Assembly (NCBI GenBank): GCA_900552475.1
Contig: USAC01000001.1
Span: 8,444 to 72,443 of the forward strand
Source: an uncultured Eubacteriales bacterium
GTDB lineage: Bacteria > Bacillota > Clostridia > Oscillospirales > Oscillospiraceae
Length of the DNA: 64,000 nucleotides
Direction of reading: 5' to 3'
The notes beneath the pieces were generated by a model. The model searched no databases, was not told the DNA's origin, and saw nothing but the letters and a program-made list of their open reading frames with translations. Positions within the stretch are counted from its first letter, which is position 1, and each line of letters begins with the position of its first letter. The translations under genes were made by a program, and so were the position numbers. Below, in pieces: positions 18,344 to 27,568 of the stretch.

Positions 18344-19525
18344 ATGGTTTCTATCATCGAAGTTAAAACGAAAAAGCAGCTGCGCTGCTTTGTTGATTAC
18401 CCCAATCAGCTCTACCGCGACGTCGAGCAGTTTGTCCCCGCGACGTACGGCGACGATCTGGAGGATTGGGACCGCAGCAAGAACCCGGCCTTTGCCTACT
18501 GCGACGCGCGCTGCTGGCTGGCCTATCGCGACGGCGAGGTCGTCGGGCGCATCGGCGCCATTCTCAGCCGCAAGGCCAACGAAAAATGGGGCACCAACCG
18601 ACTGCGCTTTACGCAGGTGGATTTTATCGACGATCCGGAGGTGTCGCGCGCGCTCTTCGCCACGGTCGAAAACTGGGCGCGTGAGATCGGCTGCACCGCC
18701 GTACACGGGCCGCTGGGCTTCACGGACATGGACCGCGAGGGCATGCTGATCGATGGCTTTGACCGACGCGGCTGCTTTTTCACCTACTACAATTTCCCGT
18801 ATTACAAGGAGCACATGGCCGCGCTCGGCTACGTCAAGGACGTGGACTGGATCGAAAATCTCATCTCTGTTCCGACGGACGAGCGGATATTCCAGCGCTG
18901 GGAAAAAATCGCGAACTATGTCTTGCGCCACCACCACCTGCATGTCTACGAGGTACATAACCGGCTGGGCTATCTGCCGCTGCTGAAGAGATTCTTCAAG
19001 CTCGTGAACATCGCCTACGCGCCGCTTTACGGCACGGTGGATCTCTCCGAAGAGCAGATCCGCAAGTATTCGATGAAGTTCGCCCCGCTCATCAATCCGA
19101 AGCTGACGTGCTTTGTCATGGATGAGAATAACGAGCTGGTCGCCTTCGGCGTCGCGGCGCCGAGCATCGCCGAGGCGCTGAAAAAGAGCCGCGGCCGTAT
19201 CTTCCCGACCGGCTGGGCGGGGTTGCTGCATGCGTTCCGCGTGAACGACACGCTCGACCTGCTGCTCATCGCCGTGCGGCCGGATCTGCAGAAAAAGGGC
19301 GTGAACGCCGTCATCATCAACAAGGTCATGAAGGCGAGCGTCAAAATGGGCATCAAGCACGCGGAGACGGGACCCATGCTCGAGACGAACGAGGCCATCC
19401 AGAGCCAGTGGTATGACTTCCCTGTGGAGCAGCACAAGCGCCGCCGCTGCTGGATCAAGGAGCTGCAGCCCGCGCAGACGGCGGGGGAGCCCGCGCCGGT
19501 CGGCGTTGGGTCAGCGGAGGAATAA
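18344..19525 (+). CDS. GNAT/FemAB-like acyltransferase-fold protein (function unknown)
   Basis: GGAGGAG RBS. C-terminal half resembles an acetyltransferase fold. Family assignment is weak. Confidence 0.5.
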   Translation: MVSIIEVKTKKQLRCFVDYPNQLYRDVEQFVPATYGDDLEDWDRSKNPAFAYCDARCWLAYRDGEVVGRIGAILSRKANEKWGTNRLRFTQVDFIDDPEVSRALFATVENWAREIGCTAVHGPLGFTDMDREGMLIDGFDRRGCFFTYYNFPYYKEHMAALGYVKDVDWIENLISVPTDERIFQRWEKIANYVLRHHHLHVYEVHNRLGYLPLLKRFFKLVNIAYAPLYGTVDLSEEQIRKYSMKFAPLINPKLTCFVMDENNELVAFGVAAPSIAEALKKSRGRIFPTGWAGLLHAFRVNDTLDLLLIAVRPDLQKKGVNAVIINKVMKASVKMGIKHAETGPMLETNEAIQSQWYDFPVEQHKRRRCWIKELQPAQTAGEPAPVGVGSAEE

Positions 19526-19587
19526 CGAAAAAATATGGAAGCGGCGGAGCGATGGCTCCGCCGCTTTTTTTGTTCTGGCACGGGATA

Positions 19588-19682
19588 GGTGGTTGAATCG
19601 GCGTGTCTATGCCTCTGGCGGGTTACTTTTCCCGCGCGGGAAAAGTAACCAAAAGCGCGCCAGAACCAAGGGTTTGGATTCC
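19588..19682 (-). repeat. Repeat family 2, copy c (inverted relative to copy a)
   Basis: Reverse complement matches copy a, including cgattcaaccacc and the ttacttttcccgcgcgggaaaagtaacc hairpin. Confidence 0.6.
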
Positions 19683-19834
19683 TTTTCGGTCGACAAGTAG
19701 GACTTCGGTAGGACGGTGCTCGCGGAGACGATCCTACATTTAATGCCCCTTGCATAGCCCCCAACCGTGTGGGACGCACCCCAACAACCTGAAACGTGCG
19801 GGGCGCGCTTAAGAAGTCAAGAAACCTTGGCTTC

Positions 19835-19930
19835 TTGCGGCGTTCTTTGGTACCTTTCTTTCGCCGAAGAACGAAAGTACCCCGCCGAAGGCAGCAAACG
19901 TATTTCGCAGCACCCCAAATCCAAACGCCA
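19835..19930 (+). repeat. Repeat family 2, copy d
   Basis: ggtacctttctttcgccgaagaacgaaagtaccccgccgaagg. Forms an inverted pair with copy c. Confidence 0.5.
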
Positions 19931-20057
19931 TCTTGACAGCGCGGACACACGTTACTATAATGAAACTGCATCCGATTCGCTGGAGCTGCCGCAGGGCGGC
20001 TTTTTGAAAGATTGCCGGTTAGGCAAAACTAACTGATGCGGTAAGGGGGCGCGGGAC

Positions 20058-20858
20058 ATGCATATCACGGAATATGGCGCGGAGCACGCACGGACGCTGC
20101 TGTTTCTGCCCTGCACGGCGGAGCCGGTCTGGGCGTTTTCGGCCACGGTCGCGCTGCTGGCGCGGCGGTGGCACGTTTTTCAGGTGAGCTACGACGGGCA
20201 CGAACCGGCCTACCCCGGCGACTTCCTCTCCGTTGAGCAGACGGTCGCCGAAATTATGCTCTGGCTGCGCTCGCGTGGGATCACCTGGCTCGACGCGGCC
20301 TACGGCTGCTCGCTGGGCGGCGCGTGCCTGACGCGCCTGCTGGCGCTGGGGGAGCTGCCGGTCGGGCGCGCGATCATCGACGGCGGCATCACGCCGTATC
20401 AGCTGCCGTTTCCGGTGCGCAGGCTCCTCCTCGCGCGGGACTGCATCGGCTTCCGGCTCGTCACCCGCAGCCGCGGGATGCTGGAGGCGGCCTTCCCGCC
20501 CGAGCGCTTTACGCTGCCGGGGCACGACCCGAAAGCGGAGTACGACGCGCTGCAGGCGTATCTCAGGACTTACTCCCGCCGGACGGTTCGCAACGTGTTC
20601 TGGTCGGGAAACAACTATGCCCTGCCCCGCACGCCCGCGGAGACGGGGACGAAAATCACCTATTGGTACGGCGACGATGAGAAGAAAGACCGCCGCGGCA
20701 ACATCCGGTTCATCAAGCGCTATTTTCCGCACATCCGCGTGCGCGGCATCCCGAAGATGGCCCACGCGGAGCTGGTGATGATCCACCCGGAGGAGTTCTG
20801 CCATTACTCGGATAAATTCCTGCTGAGCGGAGCGGGAGAATCAAGAGGAGAAGTATGA
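20058..20858 (+). CDS. Alpha/beta-hydrolase fold protein
   Basis: GCSLGG nucleophile elbow. TTGACA-17-TATAAT promoter at 19933..19961. Confidence 0.65.
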   Translation: MHITEYGAEHARTLLFLPCTAEPVWAFSATVALLARRWHVFQVSYDGHEPAYPGDFLSVEQTVAEIMLWLRSRGITWLDAAYGCSLGGACLTRLLALGELPVGRAIIDGGITPYQLPFPVRRLLLARDCIGFRLVTRSRGMLEAAFPPERFTLPGHDPKAEYDALQAYLRTYSRRTVRNVFWSGNNYALPRTPAETGTKITYWYGDDEKKDRRGNIRFIKRYFPHIRVRGIPKMAHAELVMIHPEEFCHYSDKFLLSGAGESRGEV

Positions 20859-21490
20859 AGTATTTCGGCAAGCCCGCGGGGATGTGGGCGGTGTTCGGCG
20901 GTTCCTTCCGCCGGGAGCTGGTGCGCTGTTTCGGGCTCTCCGGGCAGAGCGCCCGCGAGACGGCGCGGAAGGCGAAGAAGAAGTACCGGGAGCTCATCGG
21001 GCGTCTGCCCGAGTTTGAAAAGGCTGACCGGTTCATGACGAACGAGGTGAACTGCGCGATGCTCGCGGCGTTTATCCTCTCTATGCCGGAGCGCCCGGAC
21101 GTGCAGCGCCTGACGGACTACTATGCCCGCGCCATGATGACGGGGCTGGTGCGCCGGGTCTTCCGCGCGAGCGGGAAGAGCCAGTTCACGGAGAAGGACA
21201 TCGAGGGCATGCGGCGCACGGCCGCCCTGCGCGCCGGCGACCGCAACCCCTATTCGTGGAACATGGACTTTTACGAGTATCCGGACGGCAGCGGCTATGA
21301 GGCGCGCTTTTCCAGGTGCGGCATCTGCACGCTTATGCAGGAGCTGGGGCTGCAGGATCTGACGCCCGCGCTCTGCCATCTGGACTATACGATGGCCGAG
21401 GCGCGCGGCTCGGCTACCTTTGTGCGCGAATACACCCTCGCCTCCGGCGGCCCGTACTGCGACTGTGGGTACAAAAAACGGCAGAAGTGA
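20855..21490 (+). CDS. L-2-amino-thiazoline-4-carboxylic acid hydrolase-like (ATC_hydrolase family) protein
   Basis: C-terminal Cys-containing motif (CGICTL...CHLDY...CDCG) typical of the family. Start overlaps the upstream stop. Confidence 0.5.
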   Translation: MKYFGKPAGMWAVFGGSFRRELVRCFGLSGQSARETARKAKKKYRELIGRLPEFEKADRFMTNEVNCAMLAAFILSMPERPDVQRLTDYYARAMMTGLVRRVFRASGKSQFTEKDIEGMRRTAALRAGDRNPYSWNMDFYEYPDGSGYEARFSRCGICTLMQELGLQDLTPALCHLDYTMAEARGSATFVREYTLASGGPYCDCGYKKRQK

Positions 21491-21618
21491 AAAAGAGTGC
21501 CCTCCCGCAGGTTCGCGGGAGGGCGCCTGCTTTCTTCTTTCGGGTGGTCAAATGTGCAGCATATGGCCGGACAAAACGAAAACCCCTGCATCCGTTGGGA
21601 CACAGGGGTTACATCGTA

Positions 21619-21695
21619 TGGTGCGCGGTACAGGACTCGAACCTGTGACCCCATGCACGTCAAGCATGTGCTCTAGCCAGCTGAGCTAACCGCGC
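21619..21695 (-). tRNA. tRNA-Val (anticodon GAC)
   Basis: Cloverleaf folded by hand. Anticodon loop UUGACGU. CCA encoded. Confidence 0.9.
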
Positions 21696-21805
21696 GGAAC
21701 ATATATTATAATAACCGGTGCCGCGGCATTTGTCAACACTTTTCTTGCAACTCATCAAAATTTTTGTTATACTGGCGGAAACAACTGCTTGAGGAGATGG
21801 TTTTG

Positions 21806-22540
21806 ATGGAACAGATCGCGCTGGTGACGGGGTCGTCGCGCGGAATCGGACGGGCCGTGGCGGCGGAGCTGGCCCGGAAGGGCTGGGCCGTGTGCGTGAA
21901 CTACCGCGTGCGGCAGGACTGTGCCGAGGAGCTGGTGCGCCAGCTCGAGAGCGAGGGCTGCAGGGCGATGGCGGTGCAGGCGGACGTGTCCGACCGCGCG
22001 CAGGTGAACGCAATGGTGCGCCGCGTGGAGGAGGCATTCGGCCCTGTGTCGCTGCTGGTGAACAACGCGGGCATCGCCGGACAGGCGCTGTTTCAGGAGA
22101 TCACGGACGAGCTGTGGCACCGGTATTTCTCCGTGAACGTCGACGGCGCGTTCCATACGATTCAGGCGGTGCTGCCGCATATGCTGCACGAGCACGCGGG
22201 CTGCATCGTGAACGTCTCGTCCATCTGGGGGCAGCGCGGCGCGAGCTGCGAGGTGACGTACTCCTGCACGAAGGCGGCGTTGATCGGCCTGACGCGCTCA
22301 CTCGCGGCGGAGCTCGCGCCGACGCAGATCCGCGTGAACTGCGTCGCGCCGGGCGTCATCCGGACGGACATGCTTGACGCGCTCCCGGCGGAGGTGCTGC
22401 CGCAGCTGGCGCAGGAGACGCCGCTCGGCCGACTCGGCACGCCCGAGGACATCGCCCACGCCGTAGCGTTCCTCGCTTCCGAGCAGGCGAACTTCATCAC
22501 CGGGCAGGTGCTCACCTGCGACGGGGGATTTATTCTTTAA
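21806..22540 (+). CDS. SDR-family oxidoreductase (3-oxoacyl-ACP reductase-like)
   Basis: TGSSRGIG Rossmann motif, YxxxK catalytic motif, GAGGAG RBS. Confidence 0.85.
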   Translation: MEQIALVTGSSRGIGRAVAAELARKGWAVCVNYRVRQDCAEELVRQLESEGCRAMAVQADVSDRAQVNAMVRRVEEAFGPVSLLVNNAGIAGQALFQEITDELWHRYFSVNVDGAFHTIQAVLPHMLHEHAGCIVNVSSIWGQRGASCEVTYSCTKAALIGLTRSLAAELAPTQIRVNCVAPGVIRTDMLDALPAEVLPQLAQETPLGRLGTPEDIAHAVAFLASEQANFITGQVLTCDGGFIL

Positions 22541-22598
22541 AATAAGACGGACAACTGCCCCTTCTGCTTCGGCGGGAGGGGCAGTTGCTGTTAAAAAA

Positions 22599-22733
22599 GT
22601 CTCACAGAGTTCGCGGCTCGCAAGCCGCGAATCAATTGAAATCCGTTTTTTGCGGCGCGTGTACGTCGCAAAAAATACTTTGCGAGGGTCGGAGCGAATT
22701 CCACTTCTCAAAAAAGGCAAGCCTTTTTGACAA
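22599..22733 (-). repeat. Repeat family 1, copy D (reverse orientation)
   Basis: Reverse complement aligns with copies A-C. Its terminal hairpin doubles as the terminator of the gene ending at 22734. Confidence 0.75.
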
Positions 22734-23972
22734 TCAGTAAGTCCAGTCCGCGGAAGAATTAGAGCCGGGGGTGGCGGAGACGGTGCTGCTGTCGGCGTAT
22801 TTCCACTGCTTCATCCATTCGTCATAGCAGACGGCGTCGCCGGGGCAGACGCATTCGCGGCCATAGACGTCCGTTACGACGAGGGCGAGGGTGTAGATAT
22901 GCCCCGCCTCAAGCGTGACGGCGCGCGGCGTACGGAAAAAGCTGCTGTCCCTCGCGTCGGTGTTTGCGTCGGTGTTCGGATCCAGCCACATCACCAGCTT
23001 CTGATCCCGGAACAGACCCATGCGCAGCTGCGCGGGCTCCGAGGGCGTGAGACTGTCCTCGTCGATCCAGCGGGTGATGCTGAACTGCTCGCCTTTGCGG
23101 AGCAGGCTGTTCATTGTGTCGATGGCGAACAGGAGCGGGGTATCATACAGATCATAGCGCGGGAAGCTCGCGCTGTAGAGCCCGGTGTACTGCCCGATGA
23201 GCTGATACTGGCGCGTGTCGCCCTGCACGAAGGCGGCGAGAATGCTGATCTCGTCGTCCGTCAGCGGGCAGGTGACGGACGCCGTATAGCACTGGTTCTC
23301 ACCGAGCGTCCCCTCGGCGGAGACGATCTCCTCGCCGCAGTCGACGGTGAAAACGGCGGTCATGCCGTCGACGTAGGTCTTCGGCGCGGCGCTGAGCGAG
23401 AACGTCACCGTCCCGGCGGCATAGTCGACGGATGCGATGTCCGTGCTCTCGGAGAGTGTGATGTTCACCTGCTGCTCGAGCAGTGAGCGCACCTGATCGG
23501 AGATGGTGCCGATCTGGCTGCCGACACTGTAATTGACGTTATTGAGCGCCTGCTGCAGGTTCTGATAGTCCTGCCGGACGGAACGCAGCTGCCCGAACAG
23601 ATACAGCAGCAGCGCGCACGCGAGCACGCAGCCGAGGACGGCTGGCCAGCGGCGGCGCTTCGGCTGCGCCGCCTGATAGCGCCGCGCCAGCTCCTCCACC
23701 ATCCGCAGCTGCGCCTCGGTCAGCTCACCTTCATCGTCCGCGGGAGCGCCCGCATCGGCGCCCTCCGGGGCGTCTGTCTCCTCGCCGAGGAGCCAGCCCA
23801 CCGAGACGGAGAACTGGCGGCTCAGCGTCACCAGCTTTTCGATCTCCGGCAGCGCCGCGTCCGACTCCCATTTATAGATCGCCTGCCGCGAGACGCCCAG
23901 CTGCGCGCCCAGTTGTTCCTGTGAAAGGCCCAGCGCCTTCCTCCTCTGCGCGATTCGTTGTCCGATGGTCAT
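22734..23972 (-). CDS. Membrane-anchored XRE-family transcriptional regulator with large extracytoplasmic C-terminal domain
   Basis: N-terminal HTH_XRE (GLSQEQLGAQLGVSRQAIYKWE), a single TM helix, then a ~290-aa extracellular domain. AAGGAG RBS. Confidence 0.75.
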   Translation of the reverse strand: MTIGQRIAQRRKALGLSQEQLGAQLGVSRQAIYKWESDAALPEIEKLVTLSRQFSVSVGWLLGEETDAPEGADAGAPADDEGELTEAQLRMVEELARRYQAAQPKRRRWPAVLGCVLACALLLYLFGQLRSVRQDYQNLQQALNNVNYSVGSQIGTISDQVRSLLEQQVNITLSESTDIASVDYAAGTVTFSLSAAPKTYVDGMTAVFTVDCGEEIVSAEGTLGENQCYTASVTCPLTDDEISILAAFVQGDTRQYQLIGQYTGLYSASFPRYDLYDTPLLFAIDTMNSLLRKGEQFSITRWIDEDSLTPSEPAQLRMGLFRDQKLVMWLDPNTDANTDARDSSFFRTPRAVTLEAGHIYTLALVVTDVYGRECVCPGDAVCYDEWMKQWKYADSSTVSATPGSNSSADWTY

Positions 23973-24066
23973 ATGCCCGGCTCCTTTCTCTCTTGTTGGC
24001 CCCACGATACCACGGCGGGGCCGCAAACGCCACCAACCGGGGGATGGAAATCCGTCAACCGGCGGT

Positions 24067-24795
24067 TTACATCGCGCTTTCCGGGAGGGGGAGCGTGCGC
24101 AGCAGCGCGCGGCCGAAGCACGTTGGGCCGGAAACGCTGCCCGTGGGGAACGTGAGCACCTCGCCCGCGGTGCGGTTCAGAGGGAGAAGCCGCACCGCGC
24201 CGCCTTCGCCCCGGGTATACTGCCGCACGAGCATCGCGCCGCCGATGCAGAAGAGCCCCACGTCGCCGTTCGCGAGCGGGGCGTGATGGATGTAGATGAC
24301 GGAGCCGCTTGGAATATACGGCGCCATGGAGTCCCCCTCCATGCGCACGGCCAGCTCCGCGGCGGGCGGCACGTCGCCGGTGACGGTGAGGAGTTCATAG
24401 TCGAGACCGGGAACCGGCGCGGCCGCACCCGCCGCCGCGGGCGAGCGGTAGAGCGGGATGGTGCGCGCGGGCTCGCCCTGCATACGGCACAGCGCGTCGA
24501 GGAGCGTGTGGATGGTCTGCCGCCCGGCGGGGCTGAGGGCGCGGTACTTTTCCACGAGGGTGCGCTCCTCCGGCGACGCGTCGCCGCCCGCGCTCTCGAA
24601 GCTGCCGCGGTAGAGATAGTTTGGCTCGACGTGCAGCGCGTCGATAATCCGGAGGAGAATCTCCTCCTTCGGCGCGCTGACGCCCGTCTCATAGTTGCCG
24701 ACGGCGGACTGCGACACCCCCAGCTGCTTTGCCAGCTCCGATCTGGACAGGCCAAGCTCCTTCCGCCTGCACTTGAGCTGTTCGCCAAAACTCAT
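24067..24795 (-). CDS. LexA/phage-cI-like repressor (XRE HTH plus S24 peptidase domain)
   Basis: HTH (LGLSRSELAKQLGVSQSAVGNYE) and an S24 catalytic region (GDSM...). AGGGAGG RBS. Confidence 0.8.
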   Translation of the reverse strand: MSFGEQLKCRRKELGLSRSELAKQLGVSQSAVGNYETGVSAPKEEILLRIIDALHVEPNYLYRGSFESAGGDASPEERTLVEKYRALSPAGRQTIHTLLDALCRMQGEPARTIPLYRSPAAAGAAAPVPGLDYELLTVTGDVPPAAELAVRMEGDSMAPYIPSGSVIYIHHAPLANGDVGLFCIGGAMLVRQYTRGEGGAVRLLPLNRTAGEVLTFPTGSVSGPTCFGRALLRTLPLPESAM

Positions 24796-24846
24796 GCCGC
24801 ATCCTCCCTTCGACAAGCTCCGACTGATTCCACCTGATGCTACCAC

Positions 24847-24960
24847 AATTCTTGTGATATGTCAAATCAAAATAACAAGTTTCTTGTTAAAATGGGCTTG
24901 ACATACAAGTTTTCTTGTGATATTGTAACTTCAATCACAAGATTCTTGTTATACAAAGAA
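24847..24960. promoter_or_regulatory. Operator cluster: four copies of the palindrome ACAAGnnnCTTGT upstream of the LexA-like repressor
   Basis: attcttgtgat; acaagtttcttgtt; acaagttttcttgtg; acaagattcttgtt. Low-GC stretch. Confidence 0.55.
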
Positions 24961-25065
24961 CATATCCATAAGAATCCAGAGATATACCAAATAGAAAAAA
25001 CAGCCGCCCGCGGGCGGCTGCGCAGCCCCGCTTGGCGGGGTCTTCGGAAGGGATATTGCGGCGGG

Positions 25066-25593
25066 TCAGACGCGCTTTTCCATGCAGACAAGCTGCACAT
25101 CGGGGATGCCGTTGAACTTGCCCGGTACGATGTCCACCTCACGATAGCCGAGGCGGGCGTACAGGCGGCGCGCGGAGACGTTGCGCGCGTTCGTGTCGAT
25201 CCGGAGCCAGGTGCAGCCGTGCTCGCGGGCGTATTGTTCGTAGAAGGCGACGAACTCCGTGCCGCAGCCGTGCCCCGCGACGAGCGGGTCGGACACGAGC
25301 GTGTGCAGCACGAGCACCTGCTCATCCGGCGTCTCCGGCTCCGTCCACGGGACGGCGGCGTACTGCGGGCACTGCTCATGGTTGATGCGTCCGGCCACGA
25401 CGACGCGGCCCTCGCGCTCCATGACGAACAGCTCCCCCGCCTCCAGCGCGGCACGCGCCGTGTCGGCGGTCGGATAGACGCCGCGGATCCAGCCGGTGCT
25501 GGCCCCGCCGCGCTCCTCGCGGTCGAGAATGCGGTCGTAGATCACCGCGATGGCCGCGATGTCGCGCGGCTCGCCCTTGCGGATGGTATGCAT
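25066..25593 (-). CDS. GNAT-family N-acetyltransferase
   Basis: Acetyl-CoA-binding motif region (RGHGCGTEFV). AGGAGGG RBS. Confidence 0.8.
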   Translation of the reverse strand: MHTIRKGEPRDIAAIAVIYDRILDREERGGASTGWIRGVYPTADTARAALEAGELFVMEREGRVVVAGRINHEQCPQYAAVPWTEPETPDEQVLVLHTLVSDPLVAGHGCGTEFVAFYEQYAREHGCTWLRIDTNARNVSARRLYARLGYREVDIVPGKFNGIPDVQLVCMEKRV

Positions 25594-25778
25594 AGAATCA
25601 CCCTCCTATTATTTATATAGAAATCGACAAATAGAGAAAGAAAAAATACCAACTGCTTTTCAGGCAATTGGTATTTTTTGGTGGGGGATGGTGGATTTAC
25701 CCTAACGGGCATAAACCTCGAATCCACGCCCCCACAGCAAAAAAATACCAACTGCCCGTGTGGGCAATCGGTATTTTT

Positions 25779-25863
25779 TGGTGGGGGATGGTGGATTCGA
25801 ACCACCGAAGGCAGCGCCAGCAGATTTACAGTCTGTCCCCTTTGGCCACTCGGGAAATCCCCC
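25779..25863 (-). tRNA. tRNA-Tyr (anticodon GTA), class II with long variable arm
   Basis: Anticodon loop CUGUAAA. GGTTCGAATCC T-loop. CCA encoded. Confidence 0.85.
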
Positions 25864-25875
25864 ATAATATATCAT

Positions 25876-25951
25876 TGGAGCTGGTGGACGGATTCGAACC
25901 CCCGACCTGCTGATTACAAATCAGCTGCTCTACCAGCTGAGCTACACCAGC
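25876..25951 (-). tRNA. tRNA-Thr (anticodon TGT)
   Basis: Anticodon loop UUUGUAA. GGTTCGAATCC T-loop. CCA encoded. Confidence 0.85.
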
Positions 25952-26062
25952 ATTTTTGATCCAGCAGAACACATGATAGCAGATGTCTCCCGGTTTGTCA
26001 ACCGTTATTTCGCGCTTTAAGTCGATTTTTTTGAAATTTTTATACGGAGAGGATGGATCAAC

Positions 26063-26296
26063 ATGACCCTGAAGGAGCTTTCGCCGCTGTATCTGGAGTC
26101 CGCCCGCCTGATTTCGGAGCGGATGTCGCTGCTGCGGCGGCAGAGACGGGAGACGGATGACCCGCAGGAGCGGTTCCGGCTGGAGCGGCGGCTTCTGGAG
26201 CTGCGCCCGATGCTGACGCAGATGAACCAGCTGGCCGAGCTGACCGCGCGCTATTATGAGAGGGGGTATGACCGTAATGGGCACTACACGCTATGA
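26063..26296 (+). CDS. Small hypothetical helical protein
   Basis: 77-aa ORF overlapping the start of the next gene. No family assignment. Confidence 0.35.
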   Translation: MTLKELSPLYLESARLISERMSLLRRQRRETDDPQERFRLERRLLELRPMLTQMNQLAELTARYYERGYDRNGHYTL

Positions 26297-26564
26297 CCCG
26301 CTGGACCGGGCGAGCCTGCAGCTGTGGATGGAGGGGCGGAACGACGACAACCACCTCCAGCTCGAGCGGCTGCTGCGCAACCTCCCGCTCGCCGTGGAGC
26401 AGGAGCTGACGCCGCGCCAGCGCCAAATTCTCCGCATGCGCTATTCGTCCGGCATGAGAAACGTCGAGATCGCGCGGGCGCTGGGGGTGAACAAATCGAC
26501 CGTCACGCGCACGCTCAACCGCGCCGTAGAGCGTCTTTTCCGCACGCTTCGCTACAGTCTATGA
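26277..26564 (+). CDS. Small sigma-70 region-4-like HTH protein
   Basis: LTPRQRQILRMRY...NVEIARALGVNKSTVTRTLNRA is region-4-like. Start uncertain (26256 or 26277). Confidence 0.5.
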   Translation: MGTTRYDPLDRASLQLWMEGRNDDNHLQLERLLRNLPLAVEQELTPRQRQILRMRYSSGMRNVEIARALGVNKSTVTRTLNRAVERLFRTLRYSL

Positions 26565-26684
26565 ACTTTTTCCGTAAATTTTACAAAAACCCTTGACTTT
26601 TCCGCCAGAGAACATATAATGCGAGTGCTATTAAACGCAGAATGGATGATTTTGGTGGTATAATCGAAAGGAGAAGGGCGTTTT

Positions 26685-27566
26685 ATGTACGATAGAGTGC
26701 TGCATAACCGCTGGAGCAAGCTGGCCACGGCCGTGGCCGGGGCGGTGCTGATGGCGGTGGCGATCAACCTGTTCATCGTGCCGCAGGGGCTCTATACCGG
26801 CGGCCTGCTCGGATTGTGTCAGGTGATCCGAACGCTGCTGGTGACGAAGCTCGGCGTCACGGCGAATTTCGACATTGCGGGCCTGATCTATCTTGCGAGC
26901 AACGTGCCGCTGCTGCTTCTGGCATATAAGACGCTCGGGCGGACGTTCGTCCTGCGGCTGACGATCTGCACGGTGGTGAACTCGCTGTCGATGTCGATCA
27001 TCCCGGTTCCGGCGCAGCCAATCATTCCGGATCTGCTGACGAGCTGCATGGTCGGCGGTATCCTCGTGGGCTTTTCAAGCGGCCTGATGCTCACCTGCGG
27101 CGGCTCGAGCGGCGGCATGGACATTCTCGGGCTGTACCTCTCGAAAAAGGGCACGGGCTTCACGGTGGGAAAGTTCTCCCTCCTCTTCAACGCCATGCTC
27201 TATACGCTCTGCCTGCTCCTTTTCAACGCGCAGACCGCGATTTACTCCGCGATCTACACGGTGTTCAGCTCCCTGTTCGTCGACCGCGTGCATCAGCAGA
27301 ATATCACCGTGCAGGTCACGATCATGACCAAGGTGATGGACATCAAGCCGTTTCAGGCGATTCTGCACCGGCTCGACCGCGGCCTGACCCGCTGGACGGG
27401 ACAGGGCGCCTACACGGGCGAGCCGGTGCAGGTGCTGTGCATCTGCGTGTCGAAGTACGAGCTGGAGACGCTGCAGCAGGAGGTCAATAAGATCGACCCC
27501 GCCGCGTTCTTCATCGTGCAGGAGGGCGTCCGCACGGGCGGGAATTTCAAGGCGCATCTATCGTAA
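26685..27566 (+). CDS. YitT-family membrane protein (DUF161/DUF2179)
   Basis: Characteristic N-terminal polytopic region and C-terminal DUF2179-like domain. AAGGAGAAGGG RBS. Confidence 0.75.
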   Translation: MYDRVLHNRWSKLATAVAGAVLMAVAINLFIVPQGLYTGGLLGLCQVIRTLLVTKLGVTANFDIAGLIYLASNVPLLLLAYKTLGRTFVLRLTICTVVNSLSMSIIPVPAQPIIPDLLTSCMVGGILVGFSSGLMLTCGGSSGGMDILGLYLSKKGTGFTVGKFSLLFNAMLYTLCLLLFNAQTAIYSAIYTVFSSLFVDRVHQQNITVQVTIMTKVMDIKPFQAILHRLDRGLTRWTGQGAYTGEPVQVLCICVSKYELETLQQEVNKIDPAAFFIVQEGVRTGGNFKAHLS

Positions 27567-27568
27567 CT

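Noticed and set aside
22734-25593. Intact prophage or ICE
   Set aside because: Only regulators (XRE, LexA-like) and a GNAT gene are present. There is no integrase and no structural, replication or conjugation genes. At most this is a relic.
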